DNA of 62,303 nt, taken from positions 331,649-393,951 of the forward strand of contig WELB01000015.1 of NCBI GenBank assembly GCA_009602725.1. The letters are read 5' to 3'. The position numbers and the translations under genes were made by a program. How positions within the stretch are numbered: the stretch's first letter is position 1; the number at the start of each line of letters is the position of its first letter. Below the pieces are notes generated by a model. It saw nothing but the letters and a program-made list of their open reading frames with translations, was not told the DNA's origin and did not search any database. Shown here in pieces: positions 51,462-62,303 of this stretch. Source of the stretch: Spirogloea muscicola (taxonomy: Eukaryota).

Positions 51462-54400
51462 AGATGCCGAAGGCGGCAGCCATGCGCCAACAGGGCCGTC
51501 TTAGAGCACTCAGCCTTTAGGTGCGCCGCCAGCGCCAGTGGCGGCAACGGGAGCAGCGATGACGGGGCAGCGGGATCGCAGACGGGCGAGGAGGCTGAGG
51601 ACGACGAGGCGGCTGCCGCGGCGGCCACTCCAGCTGCGACGCCTTGGCCTCACGACAGCCGCCATCGAGCTAATTTCATCAGCTCGAGCGATGCCGGCGC
51701 TCAGGTGTGCAGCCTGCAGGCTTCCCCGCAGTTCTGCAAGTGCCAGGAGTGACAGGTTCGCCAGCAGCTGTTGTCATGAAGTCCCAAGCCCTACCGTTCC
51801 ACTCTATACCTCCCTCAGACGATCCAGTAAACGAAGGCAAGAAGCGAAACTAGAAGCGAAATTATAGCCTCCAGTGTCTCCAACAGTTTCTGCAATGCAT
51901 TTGCTGACTGACAGCTTCATGTGCTTTCTGATACCCTGGAGCCCCAAGTTTTCAGGTTGTTTTTACAAAAGTTGGGGTCTCTCAAGCCAGCATCCTCCTT
52001 TTCTTCCCCTTCTAGCTGCATTTGGTCAGTCAGGCGGAGGTGTTGACAGCCAATTTGCCAATGCAGGCCGGCCAGCCAGATGGTGGGCCGGATATGCAGG
52101 TGCTCGCCCAGCGCATCCAAGTGGTGCAGGCCCAAGAAAGGCTGGATGCTGAGGCGACGCGGCGGAACTGGCGAGTGGGCAATTGCCGGCACAGGTTGGC
52201 ATGTCTATCAATGGGCAGACCAGATTCCGCCTCTGGGCGCTGTAGACTATGTTGTTTGTTTGGGTCAGAGACATTGCTTCAGCTTGCATATGTATACCAT
52301 GAGTACCTAAGTCCTCTGATACCAAGAGCAGTGATAGAAAGTCAAGCAGCTGCAGCTCAAGCAGCTGCAAAACATAGAGGAAAATCAGCACGGTTACTGT
52401 GCCTGCTCATGAGTCTTGTCCACAGCACGCTGCTACCATCACAGTCAATAATGCACAGATTTGGACTCGTGCTTCTTGAGTCCAGGTTGCTACACGGCTC
52501 ACTGTAATACTATCCTTTCACTTCATCCCTCAGGGTGGCTGCGACCCTGGGGGACTGGGTCAGGAAGCTGCGCTTCTCTGGGGACGTAGTTGCGTGTGGC
52601 ACCTTTGGCGGGACAGTCTTCACCTTTAGCCTGTCCACGGGGCGGGAGCTCGGGCGTTACAAGGGCCATGGCTCTGAGATCACGGCTCTCGACTTTGATG
52701 GCAGCCGCCTGGTCGCAGGTTCGCCTGGCCACGGCTCTCAAGCTCTGGCAGCAATTGGTGCTTCTAATTAGTAGCAATGCGGTACTATGACCTCCATGGA
52801 AGTATGTCTGACACTCCATCTGAGTAAGTCATGAGCAGGTCTCTTGTGACTGCATTCTGCAAACAAAAGTAAGACATGGTTAGATTGATTCAGTAGTCTG
52901 TAGTGCTCTCTCATGACAATCTCTGGAGAACCATCTCAAGAATCAGTTATGAAAATCAAGGTCAGGTGTCCTGTGCAGGCTCTGAGGCTTCTGCATTCCT
53001 TCTCTGGGACACGGCGAGGAGCAATGGTCGGAGTGATCCAGGAACCTCATTCAGGTGCTACCATCACAGCGCTGCTTGAAGCCTTGGTCCTAAGCAACGA
53101 GTCGTTTGTTGCATGCATGCTTGTACTCTGAAGTTGCTGTTGACACATACACCCTTTTCCAATTGCCACCCAAACGTCTATAACTTGGACTATGAATGTG
53201 TGGATTAAACACACATCGTGGACACAAGAATCTGGTATCTACATGACAGCTGCTCCATAGTCATTATTTGACCTGAGTGCTTCCGACTTTCTTGTCACTA
53301 ACTGCAGCACACGCATGTGTGGCGCTGCAGTGGCCACACGAGGGGCGTGACCAGCCTGCAGCTGGATGGGAGCCTGGTCTTCAGCAGCTCCGAGGACGGC
53401 ACAGTCAGGTAACACATACTCTGGGAGAATCACGAAATGACTTGTCCGTCTAGATTGCTCATTACGACCCCGTCACTGTCTTCGGCCAGCTAAATAAGGT
53501 CTTGGAGGGTCACACTGCACTTGGACAGCATCCGTGCTTATGCTCCACCTTAGCTCACAGATAGCAGCTGCCATTCTTTTGTTGTCACTGACCAAAATGC
53601 CAGCATGTTGTGGAACTTGAGATCTGGGGTCCAAGAGCTCCATTGACTGATGAGGACTTGTAATGGGTAGCAGGGTCTGGCAGGCGGACATTGGCGAGTG
53701 CCTCTACACGCTGCAGGTCGGCTACCCGGTGCGCTGCCTCCACAAGAACGGCCCAACTCTGGCGCTCGGCTTGGCTAATGGCACAGTGGTGATCTACTCA
53801 TTGTCTGGCCAGAAGCTCCTCCGCACTTTCCAGGGCCACGCTCTTCCAGTGGTCTGCGTGCAGGTGCATGCCTGCCAAATAACTTCAACGTGCCTTTCAC
53901 AATGACCACAAGAAGCCCAAGAAATCTATACACAATCCCTTGTCGAGCATGAATGCATCTCAAACTTTCCATCGGAGCCATTCTTAGTACTGACACTGTA
54001 AGCCACTCCTATCCGAGTCAGTAGATTTGCTTCTGCTGGCAAGGACTGATTTGTCGTTTTCTTGGCCATTGCATTGAGACTTTTGCGTCACTTTGACGTG
54101 TCTAGCAAGGAGTTGCTTCCTGGGCTCACAAGCTTAGTTGGTGCGTGCAGCTTGACAAGGACCAATCAAGGCTCTGCACAGGCTCCTTGGATGCAACTGT
54201 GCGGCTCTGGGACACCAGGAGCGGCGAATGCCTCGTTGTATTCAGGGGCCACACGGTAGGGGACAAATGACTTGGCAGTGGCCTGCACAAGCCTGGCCAC
54301 TCTGATTTGTGTAATAGAAAGTTTTTTACTCCAGTCCAGTGATTTTTAACGATAGCCCGCGTCCTAAGAGGCTAAGCACATAATAAGCAGAACCTTCCAC

Positions 54401-54908
54401 ATGGATATTTGGATCTGCATGGTTTGATTACATGACATGCAGTCAGGTTTACCCTGCATGTGGTGGACACGGTCAGCTGACACGGTCAACTCATATGTGT
54501 CATCCATTGCCGCAGGCACCCATTGTGAGCGTTCAGTTTGACGGCGACAAGTTGGTGACGGCGTCCCGTGATGGCAGCGTGCGCGTCTGGGACGTGAGCT
54601 CTGGCGAGAGCTGGTACAGCATCTGGGGTCACACTGGTGAGTCCGCAATTTATTACTTAGGTCTGGCAAATCAAGGTCTTCATACCTCACCCATGACCTT
54701 GACTACCCTCTATGTGCTTCTTTGGGATTGCGGGTACCTGATTGCCTCAGTAGCAATGGAGACAAGAGCGTCCAGGGAGCTCAATAAGGCAGGAGTGAAG
54801 TGTGAATTCCTGTGTGCAGCCTACATTGGTTCCGCCCAGTTTGATGTCTCACAGCTGGTGATTGATGGTACCAACAATGTGATCTCTTGCCACGACTTCG
54901 GTGCTTGA
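51462..54908 (+). CDS. WD40-repeat protein; start uncertain
   Basis: Spliced repeats YKGHGSEITALDFDG, SGHTRGVTSLQLDG..SEDGTVRVW, FQGHALPVVCVQ..GSLDATVRLWD, FRGHTAPIVSVQFDG..SRDGSVRVWD. Confidence 0.88.
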
Positions 54909-56024
54909 TCCATTGAGCCATTGAGTGCTGGAGCTAATACTTCAACTCCCCAGCGATTGAAGGTGAGGGTGGTGAAGTCCTCCGTGTTGCAGCCATCCCT
55001 ATTAGCTGTGCGTGGGTCCTCCAATGAATGGCTAGATGCCCTATGTCTCGCCAAGCACTAGGTGATTTTAATGTCTGGTATCAACCTTTACTTCTTGCAG
55101 GGAGCGCCGTCTTGTTCACTTGGCACCTGCTCAAGGTCCATCACACAGGGCCGCAGCGTTTTGTATCCCCAACCTACAGGACCACTCCCTCAACCCCATG
55201 AAGCCTAGGGGACGAAAAATCACAAGAAGAAGATCACAAGAGCATAACAAGAAGGGATTACAAGAAAGACCACAACGGTGGCGGCGAGGAGGCAGCCTTG
55301 AATTTGGACAGACCCATAAGGACTTGGGCTTCCTGGCAATTGGGCTCTGCTGAATGTTGTAATATGGTAACCACTGGACTAGGCGGAGGAATTGTCCAAG
55401 CGCCCAGTGGGCCGTGGTAGCGCTTCCTGGCAACAGACGCCCTGACATATCAGGCTCTTTCCGAATCTGATTGTGTCTGCCCGGCGGGTTTGTGTCTGGG
55501 ACGCTGAGACGAGGGCAGTCTGCCGGTCCCGTAAAAAGGGGCAACAGACCAGCTGAGGACTTGGAGTAGAAAGACGAGAAGCAGCGGCTCCTTCATACAG
55601 GCAAGAAGTGCACGTTCAGGAAATGCCAGAATGTAGACTGAAGAGACTCCACAGCCACTCTCTTCAGTGAGGCTTGTTAAAAACAGGTCATTTTTGATAA
55701 CCTACTGACAATCGATCAACGCATATAGCATCAGCAGCCTAGCTCTAAGTAGAGCTAGGCTGCTCGCAGTCCAATCAGTCCATATCAACCTTTTCTGCAC
55801 CAAACACTTCATGTAGATTACCACAAAATGCCCTAGCTAGTGGAGGATGTGATAGCGCACTTTAAGTACTGCTTCACACAGGAGACGGTGGCAGACTGCC
55901 TGTCTGTGGCTTCTGGAAATGGACGATAAGTAAACTCTAGTCAACGAATAGAAGTGGCTCTTCCAATAGGGGCGAGAGCGAGGCAGAAGATGAGATGGGA
56001 TGGAAGAGCCCCGGCTATAGCCTG

Positions 56025-58772
56025 AGCCTGTGTGGTGATAACCGTTAACTGAATGCCGCCACGCCTTTAGATCGTTATCCAATGCCCAACGCCCGAACAG
56101 ATCTTTGACCGTGTTGGCGCAAGTAAGATTCTCTCTGTACTTGAGCTTACGCAGGGCTTCAATCAAATTATTATTGAGCCTCGTGACAACCACAAAAAAA
56201 GCGTTCTGGGGGGTTGACCAAGTCTATACCAATAGATTCACATGCCCTTCGTGCTTAATAATGCTCCAATTATGTTCCAGCGAGTCATGGATGCAGTCCT
56301 GCGGGGTATATCCATTGCTCGCTGTACATAGATGATGTGCTGATTGTCAGCAAGGACTTCTCGGAGCATATGACTCATATTACAGTGGTACTGGACACCA
56401 TTCACCGCGCTGGACTTTGGTGTCACCCATGCTAATATCGGTTTGGACTCACGGAGGTTGTTTACTTAGGTCACCAAAATTCTGACTGCGGTCTATCACC
56501 TTACGATGCCAAGGTTCAGGCTATCTTGAGATATCAGCACCTACATGTCTTAAGTCATTGCGCTCTGTCTTTGGTTTAATCAGTTACTATCGACGCTTCA
56601 TTGCTAAATTTAGCTCACATGCTGGACCTCACGATGACTTGTTGGAGAAAGATGAATGGTGGAATTGAACACCAAGTCGTCGATTGGCATTCCAGACACT
56701 GAAGATTGCTTTGACACAAGCTCCAGTTTTGCGGCGTCCTGACTACAGTGAAGACTTCTTTCTTCACACCGATTGGAGTCAAGTGGGAATAGGTGCAGTT
56801 CTTACTCAGCGAGATGATAACCAGCATCATGATGTCATTGCCTAAGCTAGCCGTAGCAATACATCTGCCCCTGCTAACTATTCTTCATACGAGGGTGAAT
56901 GCTTGGCCGCGGTATGGGCCGTCACCCACTTCTGAGCATATTTAGACGGGAGACCTTTTCAATTGACCACAGATCATCAAAGTCTTGACCACTCAGAAGC
57001 TGACAGGAAAACTGGCGCGATGGGCTTCAAAGCTGCAGGACCATGAAATCAAGACTGTTCATAGGCCAGGTATTCAAAGTACAAATGCTGATGCCCTCGT
57101 TCGTATGCCACTACCTGCCAACAGATTTTCATCAACTAGCTCACATGACAGATTGGGAGGAGCAAGTGTTTCTCATGCCGCATTGCTCATGCTCTTACTT
57201 CATTTTAAATTGCTATGCAATTGCTTGCGCTTTGGATGTTATCGACGACGACATATTTTCCAAAGATTTATGGTTGGATGCACCAGTTCTTCAATATCGT
57301 CAGACTGGCATCTACCCTTCCCGACTCTACGACAATGCAGAAGGATCGCATCAAACACCGAGCACGTCGTTATATATGGAACAACATGCACCTCATGAAG
57401 TCCAATGCTGAATATGGCGGATCGGATTGTTCCACCCCCTGCTGTGCAAGTACGATTGGTGCACGATGTCTATACGTCTCTTAGACATTGTTCGGACACT
57501 TCGGCATCAAATGGACTATCAATTTTTTGGCCACTGATACTAGTGGTCAGGTCTTACAAGTATGGTCAAACATGTACTATCCACATGCGAAGAATGTGAT
57601 AAAATTTGCAAAATTTTTCCATTGAAGTCACCTCAACTTCATCCATTGCCTATTCGGGGGACTATTTAATGGATTTTGGACATGGCTGGACCTCTGCGCC
57701 GAGGTCCCCACAGATTTTACGTATTGATTATGATTGAAGCCTTTTTCCAAATGGGTAGAACTTGTCGTATTTCCCACCAAGTCTAGTGCATACATCACTG
57801 AGGCTTTGTTGAACCAGGTACTATCCAGATTTGGCGCTTGCGCTGAGGTGCTCACCAATCAAGGATCGGAATTTCTGGGTGACTTCAGCATCTCCTAAAT
57901 TAAACGTTTATTGATCACCGCCTTACCTCACGCGACCATCCACAAGCAGATGGATTAGCGGAACGTAAGATGCAGACTATCAAACGGTCTGACCAAGTAT
58001 GCTCTTCGAAGGTCTGACCAAGTATGCTCTTCGCAAGGGCATGGAACGGTGGGATGAGTTCTTGCCATGGCTCATTATTGGATACCGGATTTTCAAACAG
58101 ACTGTCAGCATATAGCCCATACTTTCTTTTATATGGACGTCATCCAGTAATTCCTATAAGTCTCCATACTGTCGCAACAAAGTGGTGGATCTTGATAGCC
58201 CGAAAATGTGGATCAAAGTTTGTGCCGAGCGTGGCAGATTATTCAAAAGCATATATGCCTACTGCTTTGGGTAATCCATGCATAGCACAACATCGTGATA
58301 CTTGGCGTTACGTTAGTATTCGTAGTGGAAACTACCAACCGAAACATCAGACAATTCCTATCAATGACTACGTCTACCTGAAGGCGAGACCTCAGGATGC
58401 ATTTGATTCCTCTACAGGTCCATTCATTGATAAAGTTGTTGGCAAATTTCGTCTGTAATTATTTCCTGCAAGGCTCCTGTGGTAGGGAGATTTCAAATCA
58501 TATCCAAAATGTCACCACTTGCCACCTTACAAACTTTGACAATACAATAGACCCTACCAGGCAATGAGTCTCTGCGCACTTATCTTGCGAAGTCTGTCAT
58601 CGGGAAGACCATGTAACAACCACGCTATTGGTCTGCTTGCAACAAGGGGTGGCATATTCATTGTTTAACGCCACCACTTACAAGCATACCTTCCGATGAT
58701 TGGTTCTGTACAGCTTGTGTGGATCGTGACCCAACTCTTCAATCTAGTCAGGACTCACAGTTGTGGGGGGGG
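56025..58772 (+). mobile_element. Degenerate Ty3/Gypsy pol (RT-RNaseH-integrase-PHD finger)
   Basis: DRYPMP, MPF..NAP..FQRVMD, IDDVLI, LHTDWSQVGIGAVLTQ, NYSSYEGECLAAVWAV, TDHQ, FSKWVEL, HPQADGLAER, SPYFLLYGRHP. Many stops and frameshifts; G-rich PPT-like tract at 58760-58772. Confidence 0.92.
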
Positions 58773-58989
58773 TCAATTTGCATCATCCATCACAAGCTCG
58801 GACTTGCTTACCATACTTTCAGTGGACTATATCTCCAGAAATGTTTCTATCTGCAAAAGTAGGAATATCTAAATTTCGCGTGTTTTACTCTTGTGTTGCG
58901 CTGCCTGTCGCGTAGACTCTGACATTTTCACCTGGAATTTCGACTAGTCTCTTTTATCGACGTTATTTGGCACTCGACGTTGTATGGCA

Positions 58990-59170
58990 CGAGAGTGATG
59001 TACACCTGTCGATGTGCTTGCCTCTTGTACTTGGCCACTCAGGCCCTCCATCAGTCAGTCAATACACACTCCCATCACCTTTGCGAAGGGCTTTCGATTC
59101 CCATCTGGTGTTCAAGCATCGATTAGCGACATTTTGTGCTGACCCCGTGGGTACTGAGCGGGTAATGTGC
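58990..59170 (+). mobile_element. Two tandem CRE B-like 3' fragments
   Basis: Family B UTR at 58990-59072, then SGVQASISDI..VLT.GY*-like end at 59085-59165. Confidence 0.7.
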
Positions 59171-59654
59171 GTCATCGGTTGTGATTGCGTTGTATTTAGC
59201 CACTTCGGCCTTCCATTGGCTTTAAGTGGTGAGGGGGCGCCTCCCGATTCCAACCGGGAAGCGGGCCCTCGCCCCCAACCGCCCGCCCGGACGGTACAAG
59301 CCAACCGTGGCGCTTCCCGCCACAACACGTGGCAACCTTGGGGCGCCTACGCGGAAGGGCACGTGGCCTGCTTGATGGAGGTGCGTTAGCTGCGGGGATC
59401 CTCCGGAATTGACGGGAAAGTGAACCCGGGGTGATGATTGCGTATTCATGAGGTGCTTGTGCACACCTCAAGGCCAATCACCATCGCCCTCGTGTGGTAG
59501 AGTCAGTCAGTCATTTCTTTCAGCACTTCCCGGCCGCTTCGGACCTTGTCAAGAAGATCGGGCGGGCTTTCCCTGCCCTCGCCCCCTTAGGAAGAAGCTT
59601 ACGTCTTTCTCACTTTTGCGCTGGCGTCTCACAGCCATTGCTTTAATAGATACA

Positions 59655-59920
59655 AGAAGTGGCACTTCCAATGGAGGCGAGGAGCTGTGAAAAGCCAGCC
59701 CGAAAAGAATTGACAAAGGTTTGGAGGGGCTAAAAAGCGCTCAGCAGCTACAAAGGGGCCTGAAGAAGCTCCGGCATAAAGGGGGGAGGATGGACCACTC
59801 AGTAGTTGCGAGTGAGGAGCCTCAGAACCGACAGACGAAGATAAAGAGAAGAAAGTGCTCGCCCATTGAGGATAGGGGATCGAAAAGCCAGCCCAAAAAA
59901 GAATGAACAAAGAGAGAGCG
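59655..59920 (-). mobile_element. CRE family C 3' end (59655-59838) stacked on an A-type tail (59850-59920)
   Basis: LSVLRLLTRNY* plus UTR matching 12135-12290; adjacent AAAGTGCTCGCCCATTGAGGATAGGGG. Confidence 0.85.
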
Positions 59921-60709
59921 GCCCTCCCCGAACTACTTTCTGCTTCTTTTGTGGGTGTCGCGCCCCAAGGGAGGCCCTCAATGGCCGCCGTGCCAAGCTG
60001 CGCCGGAGAGGGGAAGGCAGTCATGGCGCCACGCCAACTCCCTTGCCGCAGCAGCACTGTCGGTAGGCTCCGGATGCGCCCGGGTGGCACCGCGGCGTCG
60101 CGACAGGCTCGCCGGCGGCGGCCTCTTGTGGGGCCCGTCCGTCAACATGGCGGTCGGTCGTGGCAAGCTGCGCACGACCAGCCTGGCTCGCCATTGGGGC
60201 GCCTCCTCCGCGGGGGCGGGCCCCGCCACAATCGCGCGTACGGTGGCAGCCATGGGGCCCGCAGGCCCTGCTTGCGCTCGGTGGCCGAACGGCAGCCCGC
60301 CACTGCTGGAGCCATGTGCCGCAGGCAGGGCCTCTTGTCCAGGCCGGGTCTCGGTGCGCCCCCGTCCAGGCGCGCCTGCTGCCGCAGGGCCTTCCACCTG
60401 TGGAGGAGGTATGCCCGTCGCCACCGGCGCCCTTAGCCACCTTAGCGTGGTTATATATGTAGCCTTTGTTATATCCACAAATTTCTGCCTGAACAATAGT
60501 TTTGGCTTAAATGCCTCCATTATATCCCATGAGCACTCCGCGCCTTCCTCCCTATCCTTCAGGGAAGCTTTGGGAAAGCGCTCATTCGGCCCCTTTGGAC
60601 CTTGTCAACTTCTTTGCTGGTTGGCTTTCACAGCCCTCGCCCCCTTTCCCTTTGAAGGAGCAACTTTCTTCTGTCATGTGCATTGTTGGCATTCACTGTA
60701 AGGGCGTAA

Positions 60710-61150
60710 GGCTCTGTCCAGGGGACCCACTTCCAGGACCCTAGCCTCTCTGATTTGCGGCTGCTTAGCAGGGGTTACTGAGTAATTTGTAGCTGCTTTC
60801 TTTCTTTGTGTGCTTTGGTTTCTTAGCGCTTCCTCTGGCTTCCTCTGGCCCCCTTCTTGTTCTTTGTTCATTCTTTTTGCGCGCTCTAAGTCAGGCCTCC
60901 GGCTTTCGTGGCGGCGCTCCAGCTCCCCAAGTTAGCTTGTCAGATTTGTTTGTGCTCACCCGTGGGTACTGATGTCATCTTAGGTACCTTAGATTAGGTC
61001 TCCGTATTATGTAGCATTGTTTAGTCTGCACTCGACTCTGCCTGAACAATTTGGCTTGAATTGGCCTCCCTTTCAATTCATGCGCCCCGCGCGCCTTCTC
61101 TCTCTTTTTTGGGCTGGCTTGTCCAGCCCCTATCCTCAATGGGCGAGCCC
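60710..61150 (+). mobile_element. CRE family A 3' end interrupted by a family F 3' end (60879-61102)
   Basis: 60710-60878 differs from the reverse complement of 2778-2947 at about one base. Insert reads RALSQASGFRGGAPAPQVSLSDLFVLTRGY*; the A tail resumes at about 61103. Confidence 0.9.
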
Positions 61151-61887
61151 TTTCTCGTAAGGGCTCGGCTTGGCTTCCCCACGTCCATTTCAAGTGCGGC
61201 GCGCTCGCCGTTGCCGGAAGAAGTGGCTCTTCCAATGGGGGCAAGGCTGTGAAAAGAAGATGTGGCACTCCCAGGGGGACTTGGGCTGTGAAAAGCCAGC
61301 CCGGAAAGAATTGACAAAGGTTGCCGGAAAGGTTGCACTGAAGCACAACTACGCAAGTGCCATGTAGGATTATGTAGCACGTAGTGTATGCAACGACCAG
61401 CCCGACAGAGTGGACGCGGCCCAGGGGGGCGCCACAAAGCGACATGCCGAAACCGCTCACGCTATACTGCGCGAGGTTGCAGCAGACGGCTGCTTCAGGA
61501 GTAGCGGGCGACAAGAGGGAAGTGCATGGTGGTGGCACAAGCCACACGGCGCTCTGCAAAGCAGCCACATGGCGCACCTCTGGTCAATCGAGTTTCTCTT
61601 TCTATTGGCTTGCATTGGCCTCCGTTTCATTTCATGCGCCCCGCGCGCCTTCTCTCCTTTCCGTCCGCCTGGCCTCAGTTCTTCTTTTCCTTCTTTTTCC
61701 ACAGGCCTCACCCTTCTCGGAAGAGCTGACTTTCTATCTTGGGCTGGCCTCTCACAGCCTGATGGCCCGACAATAGAGGAGCTGTTTCTGATAAAGAGCC
61801 TGCTTCTCGATCAACCCCTTGCTTTCATTGGGGGAGTGGGGGCCCACGACGGTGCCGGCGGGGCGGCACCGCGGGCCTACAAAGAGG

Positions 61888-62303
61888 AAAGTGCTCGCCC
61901 ATTGAGGATAGGGGCTGGAAAAGCCAGCCCAAAAAAGACTGAACAGAGTACGAGAAGGAAAAGATCGTGTATTAGAAAGAAATGTAGGCCAAATGGCCAG
62001 GTACAAAGGCAAGCACATCTAAAAATCTACATAACCTACAGCAGATTGACCCGCTCAATAACCACGGGTCAAAACATAAAGGTCACTACTCGATGCATGA
62101 ATACTAGATGCCAGGAACGGAGCCCTTCTGCCACCTACTAGAGCTCGCCCAGCTTTCTGGTGCAAGGCACTAGCCTGAGCACGCTGCAAACAGGCCGAAA
62201 ATCGACGTCGCAAGAGCGACAGATATGCAGCTGGCAAGCCCATCTCAGCCGGAAACACATCTGCGCGTCGAGTGTAGCCTAGATTGGCAATGTTTTGAAG
62301 CAG
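61888..62303 (-). mobile_element. A-type tail (61888-61957) abutting a CRE family B-like 3' end (61975-62303)
   Basis: RRRFSACLQRAQASALHQKAGRALVGG..SSDLYVLTRGY*. Confidence 0.87.

Noticed and set aside
57986..58035. 25-bp tandem duplication in the Gypsy integrase (similar 25-bp duplication at 12921-12970)
   Set aside because: Ordinary local duplications in decaying or non-coding DNA.
59949..60440. GC-rich region with long ORFs in several frames inside the TE cluster
   Set aside because: Openness is explained by GC content; no convincing match to RT or host proteins.

Overview
Eukaryotic, intron-rich, GC-rich genomic DNA, most likely from a streptophyte green alga (inferred from plant-type SnRK2, MAD1, PIAL, Raf1, At3g49140-like and root-cap-family genes), with two assembly gaps. 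Genes: two convergent root-cap-domain genes (one with an N-terminal Pollen Ole e 1-like domain), a TPR protein, a Raf1 homologue ending after the alpha domain, a 3'-truncated MAD1, an unidentified coiled-coil gene, a frameshifted ASCH-domain gene, an intact 9-exon SnRK2, a PIAL-type SP-RING SUMO ligase, an At3g49140-like protein and a WD40 protein. A decayed Gypsy element ends in a PHD finger. The most striking feature is that most intergenic spaces are mosaics of 3' ends from at least six families of CRE-like (RT plus restriction-like endonuclease) non-LTR retrotransposons. These families share a C-terminal peptide (SDLxxL[ST]RGY*), and many carry a terminal GGGCTG-loop-CAGCCC hairpin. They are repeatedly inserted into each other's 3' UTRs, in two cases with candidate target-site duplications, suggesting a self-targeting retroelement system. 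All calls are by eye; no searches were run, and TE family letters A-F are my own labels.
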